In this document: piece after piece, positions 52,666 to 64,000 of the stretch | How the letters are laid out: every line of letters begins with the position of its first letter | Numbering within the stretch: the stretch's first letter is position 1 | Source: Octopus bimaculoides | Taxonomy: Eukaryota | NCBI RefSeq assembly: GCF_001194135.2 | Contig: NC_068982.1 | Location: forward strand, 94,733,944 to 94,797,943 | Reading direction: 5' to 3' | DNA: 64,000 nucleotides | Translations under genes and position numbers: made by a program | The notes under the pieces: model-generated | What the model saw: only the letters and a program-made list of their open reading frames with translations | What the model was told of the DNA's origin: nothing | The model's database searches: none

Positions 52666-54424
52666 ATTAAGTCTGGATATTTATTGCAGGAGACGAATAG
52701 ATTTCACAAAAATGTATTGACTTTATTTTATCTATGAGTAAATTATTACCTTTTCTACGAAATTATTTTAAAAATTAAATCATTGTACTATAAATTTCTT
52801 ACTATAAATCTTATACTATAATAATTATATGCAAAACAAATCCTAATTTATTTTGCCAAGGTATTAGAAGAAAAACTATAAATTTCTACAAATCAAGTCA
52901 TAAGGTGACTCGGTGAGAAATTAAACGCCATTCTTCAGTAGAAGTATTCTCTAACAAGGTTATTAGACTTCCCGCCTCACATCTAGAAGTATAAGTAAAA
53001 TTGATTACAAGCATCCTAGAAGTGGATGTAAACTTGGCCTGGTTCAAAATTTCAACGCAAATATAAATAACGCAATACCACTTCTACATCTATCCTACCA
53101 ATATATCCCTCTTCAAACCCGAAAACTTTAAAATTTTTGCAGCGTCTATTAAAATACATGCAATTTATTTCCCAATATAAAGTTTGTTTTCCCAAATTTT
53201 TTCTGTACTCATAAATACGGTATTTTTAATTTGAAATTGAGTGGTTATCATATGTGTCCCACATGCTGCAAGGTACACACAACCTTATTTTCAGCCTTTG
53301 GGCAAAACACTGTCCGCATAATAGTAAAGCTGTTCAATAAAAATATTTCTTTATAGTGTTGCTATTAATTCAGAATTATGTTTATACACTTATTGCTGTA
53401 TCTTACACTACTCTTGGGAAATGATGTTGTATATTTGAGCTATCATAGTTACTAAGCTGTTGAGAAACATACTGTTCCCATAATTTTTTTTTTCTGAAGA
53501 CGTTTTTAAGAGCAGAATAACAACTTTAAAAAAGTACTGGCTAATTTGCTTAGCTGCTGCTGTTTAGAGTTGTCAACCATTCAGAATTTTTTGTACACGC
53601 AGCAAAATGAAATTCGCCGTTGATAGTTCTTGAGGCAATAGTGCACACTGAAGATCAAACCTCTAACGGTCTTAGCAGCTTGATATAGAGTTTATAAATA
53701 AAAAATCTCTGAAGTTATGTCCAATCGAGAAAAGCTTCTCTTTTTTATGATGAATGTATGTTCAACACATTTGAATCATTCGTGCAGCCGATTCTAGGAT
53801 ACCGGTGTTTCAGCAAGTCGTGTTTCATCCACCAGAAGTACTCCTGGGCTTTGAGTCTATCCAAGCAGCTGGCCTTTGTTATACTTTCAGTGAACAAATT
53901 ATCTGCCAATCAATATAAAATAGTTGGTGGTACCATGTACAGCGAAATCTGGAACGAATATTTGCGTATGTATTCTCAATCGGCTTTGCAATTTGAAGCG
54001 CAAAATATGCTAGTGGCTGAAGTAGACATCAGACTCTTCTGCACCAAGGAGTCGAATGTATTGATCACATTTTCGTAATAAAAAGAAAAGTTATTCTCCT
54101 TTGACAGACATTAGCGGTATTACGAATGCATATGCAAATAAAGCGCCGTTATTTCACTATTGATCTTCTGCTTACTCAGCTTGGTAGATTAGGCTCAAAT
54201 AAGGTTTTAGCATGGTATGTTAGCTTTTATCAGTTCTTATTGTAACCAAAACTGATAAAAAGTTGTTTACCAAGAATCAATGATTTGTCAGTGGAATTAA
54301 TTCAGGGGAATTAACAAAAGCACACCGGAATAACTTATGATATTTTTGTCACACTGTATAAATGGATGACATGACAAACATTAAACTGATTCGAAACAGA
54401 AGCATTAGATAATTAGAATATTAG

Positions 54425-54620
54425 CTTTCAATTCTAAGTAGTGAGGAAATGATGCATGACGCTTAATTGTTAAATATAGGCTTTTCTAACTAGATATAGA
54501 AGTGATTTTTTTGTTATCGATAGAATATTAAGATGGTAAGCTAGCAGAATCGCTTGCACGTCGGGCAAAATGCTTCGGGGCATTTCGATGGAGAACTGCT
54601 TGCTCAGTGCCAAAAATTTA
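54425..54620 (+). repeat. About 200-bp direct duplication, partner at about 56098-56290
   Basis: gaggaa.tgatgcatgacg.ttaattg.taaatataggcttt.ctaactagatatagaagt...tagaatattaag...gctagcagaat...gggcaaaatgc.tcggg.catttc.atggagaact..gctcagtgc occurs at both sites. Each includes a SINE head plus the same non-SINE flank. Confidence 0.9.
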
Positions 54621-55571
54621 ACTTTACCTTTTATTTTCTGATTTACATCTCGCGCATTCATAGCTTAACTTTAATAATCTTCATGTCGATAAAATAGGAA
54701 CTAGGTAAGTGTCGTCTGGAGTACATGGATGAAACTCTTGCTCCAAAATATTTAGTTGTTAACCTAATTAGCAAAATCATAAGATACAACACATATCTCA
54801 TAAATCTAAACTTTTTTCATGTTTTCATGTTACAGCTACAACTGTTTGTATACTTCAGTTACTGTTACCTTCTGTATAAACATTGAAACTAACAGCTGGC
54901 CATGCGAAGAGGAGTTAAACCGTTGAGAGAACGATTACTCAGTTTTCTCGTGTTACCAGACCTAACCTGCTCTTTGTTAATATACTTAACTTATGACTAT
55001 CTGAATCTAGTCTGTTGCATATAAAAGGTGGTGGGGGTTAATTCTAATCATTTCTACCTCAGAGGTAACTACAGAAGGGTTAGATTAGACAATTAGGCAA
55101 ATATCAGGAATCATCTAACATTATTCCACTGTGGAGTAAGCAAGGCAAACAACTCCCAACGTCTCTGATTTATAAGTCCTCGTCAACGGAAGTATAGCCT
55201 TTGCAATGAATAGCATTTGCTGTAAATATATCATGTAGCATTGTTTACGTTTCTAAACATTGTACATTTCATGTTTCAATAATTTACAATACTGAATGAA
55301 AATTTTCACATCGATCTCACCTGGAAAATGATGATTAACGGCTGACTGTCTTACTCTCGAAACACTAACAACTTGCTCATGTGACCTATAGTCTGACTCA
55401 TGATTCTTACTTACTTACAATGACTTTAATATTCCTCCCGACGTTCCTGTGATTAGTATATTATTCATTCTTTCATAAATACTAATAAATTCCCTTTCTC
55501 AATCACCAATTTATTTTGTAATGAGACGACAGATACTTGATCAAATCTACTTCAATATTTGAGAAATCTAG

Positions 55572-55812
55572 CGCGGCAAGGTGAGGGAATCATTAGCAGG
55601 CCGCGCAAAATGCTTAGCTGCATTTCGTCCATCTTTATGCTCTGATTTTAAATGCCACCAATATCATCTTTCATATCATCTTTCATATCATCTTCACATA
55701 TCATCTTTCCGGGGTCGATAAAACAAGTACCAGTTATGCATTAGGATCGATGTAACTGACTTTCCCCATCCCCACAAACTGCTAGCCTTGTGTCAAAATT
55801 TGAAACAAATAT
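55572..55812 (+). mobile_element. Family A SINE with internal 12-bp tandem expansion
   Basis: gaatcattagcagg..aaatgcttagctgcatttcgtcc; TATCATCTTTCA x4 at about 55662-55710. Confidence 0.85.
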
Positions 55813-55864
55813 TTCAGAAATCTGCATTGATATCACTTAAATTAATAGAAGGCGGAATGAATAT

Positions 55865-56075
55865 TGATTTGAAATTTTAACAGGACAGCAATTTTAGGGG
55901 AGGGGCTGGTCAATTACGTCGACCTGGGTGCACGACTGGTACTAATTTTGTCGACCACGAATGGATTAAAAGGCAAAGTCGATCCCGGCGGAATTTGAAG
56001 TCAGAACACGAAGACAGACGAAATAGATGCTAAGGATTTGGACTGGCGTGCTAACGATACTTACAGCTTGCAGCC
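55865..56075 (-). mobile_element. Family A SINE, minus orientation
   Basis: Reverse complement: aggctgcaagctgtaagtatcgttagcacgccag..ttctgacttcaaattccgccgggatcgactttgcc..gtcgacaaaattagtaccagt. Confidence 0.85.
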
Positions 56076-56363
56076 TGAAGGTGAGGTGAATATTAATTTT
56101 CAGTTCTTCTGAGGAAGTGATGCATGACGTTTAATTGATAAATATAGGCTTTGCTAACTAGATATAGAAGTAAATTTTGTTATTCATAGAATATTAAGGC
56201 GGGAAGCTAGCAGAATAGTTTGCACGCCGGGCAAAATGCCTCGGGACATTTCAATGGAGAACTACCGGCTCAGTGCAAAAAAAATTTGAAGCCATTTATT
56301 TTTTTATAGAATATCAGTTATATTTTGCTGGACACAAATTAGAGATTATATGTGAAATTTACG

Positions 56364-56401
<38 letters not shown>

Positions 56402-56496
56402 ATGTTACTCTTACCGGTAATTTTAGCTAATTCTGTAAATACACGCAAGTATATTCCACAAAGATTTACTACAGTGTTGTATTGTGTTAAAAAGAC

Positions 56497-56712
56497 GGCA
56501 TGCTGGCAGAATCTTTCACCCACCGGCCAAAATGCTTAGCCGCATTTCGTCCGTCTATATGTTCTGAACTCAAATTCTACTGAGGTCACTTTGCCCTTCA
56601 TCCCTTAGGGGGTCGATAAACTAAGTACCAGTCGATCATTGGAGTCGTTATAATCGACTTTCATCCTACCCCGAAATTGCTTGCCTTATGACAAAATGTG
56701 AGACCATTATTA
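56497..56712 (+). mobile_element. Family A SINE
   Basis: tgcTGGCAGAATCtt..aaatgcttagccgcatttcgtccg..gttctgaactcaaattc..ggggtcgataaactaagtaccagt. Confidence 0.85.
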
Positions 56713-57544
56713 GAATTATTAAAGACTTTGCACATAAATTGTATGAGATAATATGCTTTGATTATATGAAAATTTTATTTTTGCTGTTGAATTGGAATGG
56801 ATTTCGTGGTGTAAGTGAAATGAAGTTATTTTCACTGAGAACTGAACGGAGGATGAGATGTAAAGTATTATAGATTATTTTTATTATTTCTCGTTATATA
56901 ATAAAGTTATATTTTGCATAGTAACCCTGTCATAAATTCGTATGAGATATGTTGTCATCTAGAGATATCAGACCGGAATGAACACAAATAATTGGAAAAT
57001 TTTCACATGGTTAAAATGCGAAAACTTTCACATGGTTACAGCACGTGGTTAAAATGCGAAAACTTTGTTGAATTCTTCTAAAGAAGTTGCAGGTGTATAG
57101 GAATGTATCATAATGAGGGGAAACGAAAGAACAGCAATGTATAAAAGAAAGCTTCACCGTCACAGATATTGAATTCTGGCCAGGAGAAAATCACAAATGT
57201 TTAGTACTGACTCATTGTTAAAATCTGAAAGAGGAAAATTGAAGCTGGACACAAAGAAAGTGAAACCTTGGCTTCAAATGGCTGTGGATAAATACATGCA
57301 GCAACTTTATATATTCAACAAGTGAATCCTGATTATTTTCAAAGCAATTGCAAAAACGTATGGTTTCTTACGACAACACAATACCACAATTTGGTAATAA
57401 TGGTAGATAGATAAATAGATAGTAACCAAAGGAAAGAGTGGTATTAATTACAAAGAAATGACAGGCAAAGTTGATCCGCTGGGATTTCAATATATTCCAT
57501 GCGACGTTGATTCAATTCTGCTATCCACTGCTTTCTAAATGTAG

Positions 57545-57613
57545 CGATGATGGTGGTGATGCGGTATATGTGGTGGTGGCGGCGGTGATAGTAGTGATGA
57601 CGACGACGACGAC

Positions 57614-57652
<39 letters not shown>

Positions 57653-57750
57653 AATAATGCTGCTGCTGATGATGATGATGATAATAATGATGATGATGAT
57701 GATGATGATGATGATACGAAATATCTTGTATTGAAATGATGATGATGAAT
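57545..57750. repeat. (GAT)n/(GAC)n/(GGT)n compound trinucleotide repeat
   Basis: Source of the polyH/polyM/polyI ORFs. Confidence 0.95.
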
Positions 57751-57759
57751 ACAAAATAA

Positions 57760-58660
57760 CTATCAAACATGATTAAAACTTAGAACTGTTTTCTGCCTCC
57801 AAGGATGCCATGAAATACGAAGCAGGCACTGCAACAATACGTAGCTATGAAGAAAATATAAACAACAACAGAAATCGTGAAGCAATTAGAATCTAAACTA
57901 AAATTAGGACAACGAATACCACGATAACACGATGATAAGACAAGTTCCTATTGGGGGAATACTAAGAAATGCAGAACAAAGAAGATTCCCAACACTAGCT
58001 GAGAAGTGCCAGAGTCCAGCAAGAAACTCAAAGGTTCTTTTTGCGGTACAGGAGTAAAACTTACACACAAGAAACCAACAAAAGCATATAATGAAACTGA
58101 ATACAATTACTGCTGAATATGCAAAAATGGGGAAAAAACAATTAACCACATTATTTCAGGCTGATCATCTAGCCAAGAGAGAATACATCAACATGCATCC
58201 AAGACTTACAAAACATCTAGAGAGTATGTCAGCACAATGAAATACAAACAAGAAAGAGATGACATAAGCATACACCAGAAAATGATTGTGGATATTGAAA
58301 ATAGTCCATACGCTGATATATACCCCCNNNNNNNNNNAAAAAAAAAAAAAACAGACAATGAACACTAACTGACCAGATATTGTTATCAAGGACATCCTGG
58401 AAGGAATGTCCCCCGACCGATATATCAGTCCTAACAGATAATGTACCTCAAACAGAGATAGAACAATTATTCAAATGTAAAAATCTGGAAAAGTGATAAA
58501 CCGAATGTGAGGCTTGAAAGTAGACATATTTAATTATTCTATATATTCGCTACCAGAGCCTATAACAAATTCAACATTTTAAACTCATATATTCACAGTA
58601 CAAGCTTACACACGAGGTAAAAATGTGTCGTGGTACATATTCTAAAGTACCCTGTAGATT
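57760..58660 (+). mobile_element. Old R4/Dong 3' fragment, plus orientation
   Basis: YC*ICKNGEKTINHIISG*..AKREYI (CCHC knuckle) and *PDIVIKD..DISVLTDNVPQTEIEQLFKCKNLE..NRM*GLK (RLE) match the 40.5-41.4 kb copy. Many lesions. Confidence 0.75.
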
Positions 58661-58924
58661 AAGTCCCAATATTTATGAAAATACACAACCTCTAGAAAAA
58701 TAAATAGTCTACCAGCCTGTCTTGATCAAAAATTCTTATAGTCTAATAACTTTTAATTTCATTTTAATTTCTCACGAATAATTTGGATAATTATTCTTTT
58801 TATAATTATTGTTCTATCGTTACTTTAGTAATATTTTTAACGTCATTTGTGTGTATTTTACATCACCNNNNNNNNNNATATATGTGTGTGTGTGTGTGCG
58901 TATTTAATATATAAAAAATACAAA

Positions 58925-59255
58925 AAGGGGACAACAAAACATCCAGACAGACGATATAAAGAAAACAAGGATGGGTCATTCACTTTCTTTCTTCAGTCGA
59001 GTTGCAGATTATCTTTTCAATTTCGGCTGGTTATACTCGAGATTGCTCCAATCTGGCCATCCCCAAGGAAAAATTAAGCTACGACCATTAGATTCCCTGG
59101 AAGAAAACAGCCAATGTATACGAGAACAAGGACGGAAAAAACAGAGACATGTTACACAAATACAAATGCAAATAACAGGACATAACAACAGTTGTCTTTC
59201 CACTAAAGACCAATAAAATTAAGCTAGCATGTGTGGAAGTAAAGCCTTACGGCAG
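58925..59255. repeat. Interspersed non-coding repeat (family unassigned)
   Basis: Compositionally distinct block between microsatellites; recalled as a common octopus repeat, not verifiable here. Confidence 0.35.
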
Positions 59256-59257
59256 AG

Positions 59258-59460
<203 letters not shown>

Positions 59461-59504
59461 GAATGTATGTATATATAGATATATAACATAACATTCATTT
59501 TTGT

Positions 59505-59868
59505 TCTTTTCCCTTGTTTCATCCATTAGACTCCCACTGTTTTGGAAAACCGCTTTAAAGAATTTTAGTCGAACGAATCAATGTCAGTACATTTTTTCTT
59601 TAAACGAGGTACTTATTCTATTGATTCCTTTTGGCGTACCGCTTGATTACGTCGACATAAACACACCAAAGCCTGCGTGAAGCTGTTGGCAAACACAGAC
59701 ACTATTATACACACGTGCACATAAATATATGTACACGACGGACTTCTAGTTTCCTTATACCCAACCCACTAACTCGCCTTTGGTAGGTTCTGAGCTGTTG
59801 TAGAAGAGACTTGCCCAAGTTGCCAAACCATGGGACTGAACCCGGAACCCGGAACCATGTGGTAGGGA
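59505..59868 (-). mobile_element. tRNA-derived SINE (family C), minus
   Basis: Reverse complement head accacatggttcc(gggttcc)gggttcagtccca..ttgggcaagtctcttctac (B box GGTTCAGTCCC). Body is shared with 63480-63835. Confidence 0.78.
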
Positions 59869-61519
59869 ATATTGTACAAATATGTATAGAAATATTTACA
59901 TTTATGCATGTGTGTATGCGCGCGCTTACATCCTTATCTGTAAAAATAGACATTACTTATTATTGTTACCATTACACATATCATCAAGGTTATCTTTATC
60001 AGTATCATTTATATCACTTTATCATTTATTATTTTTCATTTTTCATTTACTTTATAAATTGATTTTGTTTCAATAATCAGTTACAATTACAACTTCAATT
60101 CTTGAATTTGGAATCGTCCAGTGATTGTATAAATATCATTATATCTGTTTCATAAACTGCACGCAATCACACACACACATGCACACACATACATGTACAT
60201 GATATACATGCTAGCCTGTAAAGCTATATGATTTCCCCATGGGGCATTGTGATGTATAAGGAAATGGAACTTTCCGATTATAGTATGATCTCAGAATTAG
60301 GGAAATTCTGCAGACGTGTTGGCTAGACATTGTGACACTCAAGAGCGAACTGATAGAAATATGTTTTCGATTTCTGTAATACGGTTTCACACAATGAGGA
60401 GGAGGATATCTATATCTATATTTATATCAATATGTACACACACTCACACACACACATACACACATACACACACAAACAGACACACATATATGTATTGCAT
60501 ATATATCTATGTATGTATGACTTTACATGCACTCACACACGTGTGATTATTCAAAATGGATATTTTTGTCGGCGTAAATATTAGACCGCAATAAATAAAG
60601 TTTATGCCGAAACTTTCATCCAATACTCTTAGTATTGGATATTAGTTTGTCGTTGGTACTGTAACTATTATGGCTGCTGTTGCTGTTGCTGTTGCTGCTG
60701 CGGTACTGCTGCAGCTGCTCTTGGGGTTGCTGGTGGTGATTAGATGTAGAAAGAAGATTTTCAATGATATAGCTTGTAAGATAAGCGCAAAATATATTTA
60801 TTTATATATAAAATAAATATCTTCATAGAATTCTTAAAAGAAGCAACCCAAAGCAAGAACGGCTGCGGAAGAATGAAATGCGAAACAGACCCTACTAGGT
60901 AGAAAAAAATATTATGTTGATGTAGTATTAGAAATATTCTAATATATCTAGCTTGGTGGTGCTGAATTGCTTTGATATTTCCAATATTGTTTTTAATGTT
61001 TATCGTTTATCGTCAACATAAATATATAAATATGTAATAAAAGTGTATAATTGGTCATATCTATCTCAGAAAATTGCTGCTACTTAATCTAGTAACTAAG
61101 AATGCTTCTGTTAGGTTGTTCGTCGTGTTAGGCAATGTTCATCAAACTACACCCTATGGTCATATAAAATGCTGGATACGTTCGATAATATATACTTAAG
61201 CATGCAATGATTGAGTAAATAAAAGGATTAGTGAAGGCCAGAACGCCTTTTAAAATAGATCTGTTCGATCAATAAGAATACCGCCACCACTATTACCACC
61301 ACCAACAACAACTGCTGCTGTGACTCACTAATGGGAGCATAAAGAGTGAAATTAATTACAGTAGGTTATTCTGTACAATTTTGACGATGGAATTTAGTCC
61401 AATAATAAAATTAAGAAGTGTAAAGATTGTAATATTTCTCACGTAGCAACAGGGAGTGAAATCTTGAAGAGTGGTTATTCGATTATATCGAAACTGCCAT
61501 TTGTACTTACTACTGCATT

Positions 61520-61763
61520 ATTTTATCGACCGTCCCCGCACCAGCATATACGAGTGGCTGCTGAACAGTTCCTAGCTGTAAGGGTATTACGAAAATCCTC
61601 ATTGGAGGCCCAACATTCAGAATTCTTTTACAAGATTTAGAAAAACTGAAAGATTGCTGCAATAGGTGTGGGAATTTGAGAGGGGTATATGTTGAATACA
61701 ATGGTAATTAACTTATCGTCCTGTATTTTCTTTTACCCAAAGCCAGGAACGTTTCACCCCTTG
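61520..61763 (+). mobile_element. Mariner-type 3' fragment with TIR
   Basis: LEKLKDCCNRCGNLRGVYVEYN* resembles the mariner C-terminal 'KC...GDYVE'. Ends gccaggaacgtttcaccccttg|TA (reverse complement TA|CAAGGGGTG..). Confidence 0.55.
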
Positions 61764-61999
61764 TATGAATGGAGAAGTTGACAGAACTTGAAATCAAAGC
61801 ATAAACAGCCCTAAGAATGACGCAAGACATTTCCCCACGACGTTGCAATGACTCTGCCTGTTCACAACACTATTGAGTATAAAAATATGAAGAGGAACGA
61901 AAAGAAACCAACTTACAAAAGACTTGAAATCTAACGGTTTCTCATTTATCTAAACATTATTATCTATCATTGTTTTATAATATAAGCCGATTAAATCGA

Positions 62000-62229
62000 C
62001 TTTACTGCTTCATTGGTACATTATTTCACCAACACTGGAGAAGTCAGAGATAAACTGTTGATTTTGGTAGAATTTCAAAACGATAAGAATTGGAACGAAT
62101 ACCACAATATGTTTTGTTCGGTGCTTTAATGATTTCGTTAATCCACAAAACGTCTGCACAAGTTTTATTAACATTGTGATAGCAGAACCCCAGAACATTG
62201 GAGTAGCCTAATACTTTTGGCCAAGGCTG
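62000..62229 (-). mobile_element. Tc1-type terminal fragment
   Basis: Reverse complement TA|CAGCCTTGGCCAAAAGTATT resembles the Tc1 TIR CAGTGCTGGCCAAAA. Confidence 0.55.
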
Positions 62230-62236
62230 TATGTGT

Positions 62237-62289
<53 letters not shown>

Positions 62290-62305
62290 TGTGTGTGTGT
62301 GTGTA

Positions 62306-63377
62306 CTGTTGTGTCTGGGGTGAGTCATTCTCTTTTAGTGCCTTATAATTTAACACTCACCGGTAAAATTTCCACTTATTTCTTTATTTTTCTAAAATTT
62401 TCATTGCGTCTTGCAACCTTTTAGATAGTCGTTGAGTTTGTCCGTTATTCACACTGCGTTCCTTTTTGCTTGTTTGTGCGCATGTGTGTGGTTTAGTGTG
62501 TGTGTGTGTGTGTGCATATACATGCATGTACGTATGCATGTGTGTATGCATCCATTTTTGTATGCATATGTGTACGTTTATATGTATGTATTCTGCATAT
62601 TCATGCGTTTGCGTGTCCGTCTTTGTGTGTTTTATGTATGTGTGTGCGTGTGTGTTTGTATATGTGTGTGAGTACCTCAGTCTCCTTGTGTGTGCATGTC
62701 TGAGTGTGTGTGTGTATGTGTGTGTGTTTTGCAACTATGTACCGTGTTTGTATGTATGGATGTGTATCTCCATATGTGTGGACGTGTGTGTCAATATGTG
62801 TCTTTGTGCGTGTGTGTGTATATGGTCAGGTGTTTTAGTGTCGACTGAGACTGAAATACATGACCATATACACGCACACTTTACTTCACACAAGGACACA
62901 TATAGATACACACGCCCACACATATGGAAATACACATCCATACATACAAACACGGTACATAATGGCAAAACACACACACACACACAGATACACACACTCT
63001 CAGACAAGGAGACAGAGATACATACACACATATACAAACACATACACATACATACAAACACTCAAACACAGACACGCAACACATGAATATGCAGAATACA
63101 TGCATACAAATGTACGCATATGCATAAATACATGCACACACATACACACACATGCATGCATACATACATACATACATACATGCATGCATATGCACACACA
63201 CTAGCCAACACACATGCGCACAAACACACAAAAACGAACGCAGTGCGAATAACGGTCAGAGTCAAAACTATTGAAAAGGTTGCATGACGCAACGAAAACT
63301 AAAGAAGGAAATAAGTGGCAGTGTGTGTGTTACATTATAAGGCACTAAAAGAGAATGACTCTCCCCAGATACAACAG
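62306..63377. mobile_element. 1072-bp foldback / long-TIR MITE, TA target site duplication
   Basis: TA|CTGTTGTGTCTGGGGTGAGTCATTCTCTTTTAGTGCCTTATAAT ... ATTATAAGGCACTAAAAGAGAATGACTCTCCCCAGATACAACAG|TA (2 mismatches in 44). Inverted similarity continues through the microsatellite-like interior to a central hairpin TATGGTCA(62821)..TGACCATA(62868). Confidence 0.9.
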
Positions 63378-63479
63378 TATATGCTTGAACACACGAACTC
63401 ACTTAAAGGATCTTGCAAACTAAATCCAAAAGCGAAATATACATATGTGTGTGTGTGTGTGTGTGTGTGTGTTTTAGTT

Positions 63480-63835
63480 TTTACTCTTGTCACAGTTATA
63501 AGTCTACACCCATATTGGACCACTGTCTTGAATTTTTAGTCCAATGAATCTCCCCAATACTTACTTTTTAAGCCGGCTACATACTCTATCCTTCTCTTTT
63601 GCCGAACCGCTAATATACGGGACGTAAACACACCAACACTGGTTGTCAAGCGGTTATGGAGTACACACACACACACACACACAGACACACACACGCACTC
63701 AAACATGTGAAAGATTTCTTGCAATTTCCGTCTGCCAAATCCACTCACAGGGCTTTATAGTAGAAGTTCGACTATCGTAGAAATTACAGTAGAAGACATT
63801 TACCTAAGGTTCCACGCAGTGGGACTCAACCCGAT
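63480..63835 (-). mobile_element. tRNA-derived SINE (family C), minus
   Basis: ttttgccgaaccgctaa..gggacgtaaacacaccaac..ggttgtcaagcg..ccgtctgccaaatccactcaca..gtagaagaca..aaggttccacgcagtgggact. Confidence 0.8.
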
Positions 63836-64000
63836 GCACGGAAGCAGTAAGACTCAATATTATGAAGAGAATATATGTATTCTTATGTATTTGTTTAATA
63901 CTAGTAGGACCCTGGAATTTCTACGAAATGGAAAAACTAAGAGGACCTGTTTAAGAAATAAAGGATGGTTTGCATTTTCATAACGTAGTTTAGCTCTCTT

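Noticed and set aside
53758-54078. 106-aa ORF (MFNTFESFVQ..)
   Set aside because: No motif recognised on either strand, and the length is within chance expectation for 64 kb.
57444-57770. PolyH/polyM/polyI ORFs (also polyN/Y at 5414-5660, polyA/V at 16806-17126, ER repeats at 48451-48672)
   Set aside because: Translations of simple repeats.
60618-60640. ATCCAATACT-ctt-AGTATTGGAT hairpin as a terminator or miRNA
   Set aside because: A 10-bp stem is too short for a pre-miRNA, and bacterial-type terminators are irrelevant here.

Overview
AT-rich, microsatellite-dense, gapped (about 10 N-runs) eukaryotic DNA. The repeat families look like those of an octopod cephalopod (my recollection of Octopus repeats, not verified). 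I found no intact protein-coding gene; nearly all ORFs in the track are microsatellite, N-gap or antisense-TE artefacts. The window is mostly transposon remnants: about eight fragments of R4/Dong-type (restriction-like endonuclease) LINEs, two Penelope-like element remnants, one CR1/L2 fragment, several Tc1/mariner pieces (two probable DD37D/maT derivatives), about 18 tRNA-derived SINE copies of three families, and a 1.07-kb TA-flanked foldback element. The most notable structures are a head-to-tail stack of three R4/Dong copies of different ages joined by (TAA)n tracts (40.5-42.6 kb), a minimal hammerhead ribozyme motif next to a Penelope GIY-YIG remnant (18.2 kb), a 750-bp element with a 9x24-bp terminal array inserted into an (ATT)n SINE tail (51 kb), and two long inverted repeats that could form dsRNA. 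A few plus-strand splice-flanked segments and an AG|GTGAGT recursive-splice-like site hint that the window lies in long introns of a plus-strand transcript; this is low confidence. All translations and alignments were done by eye, and boundaries of old relics are approximate.
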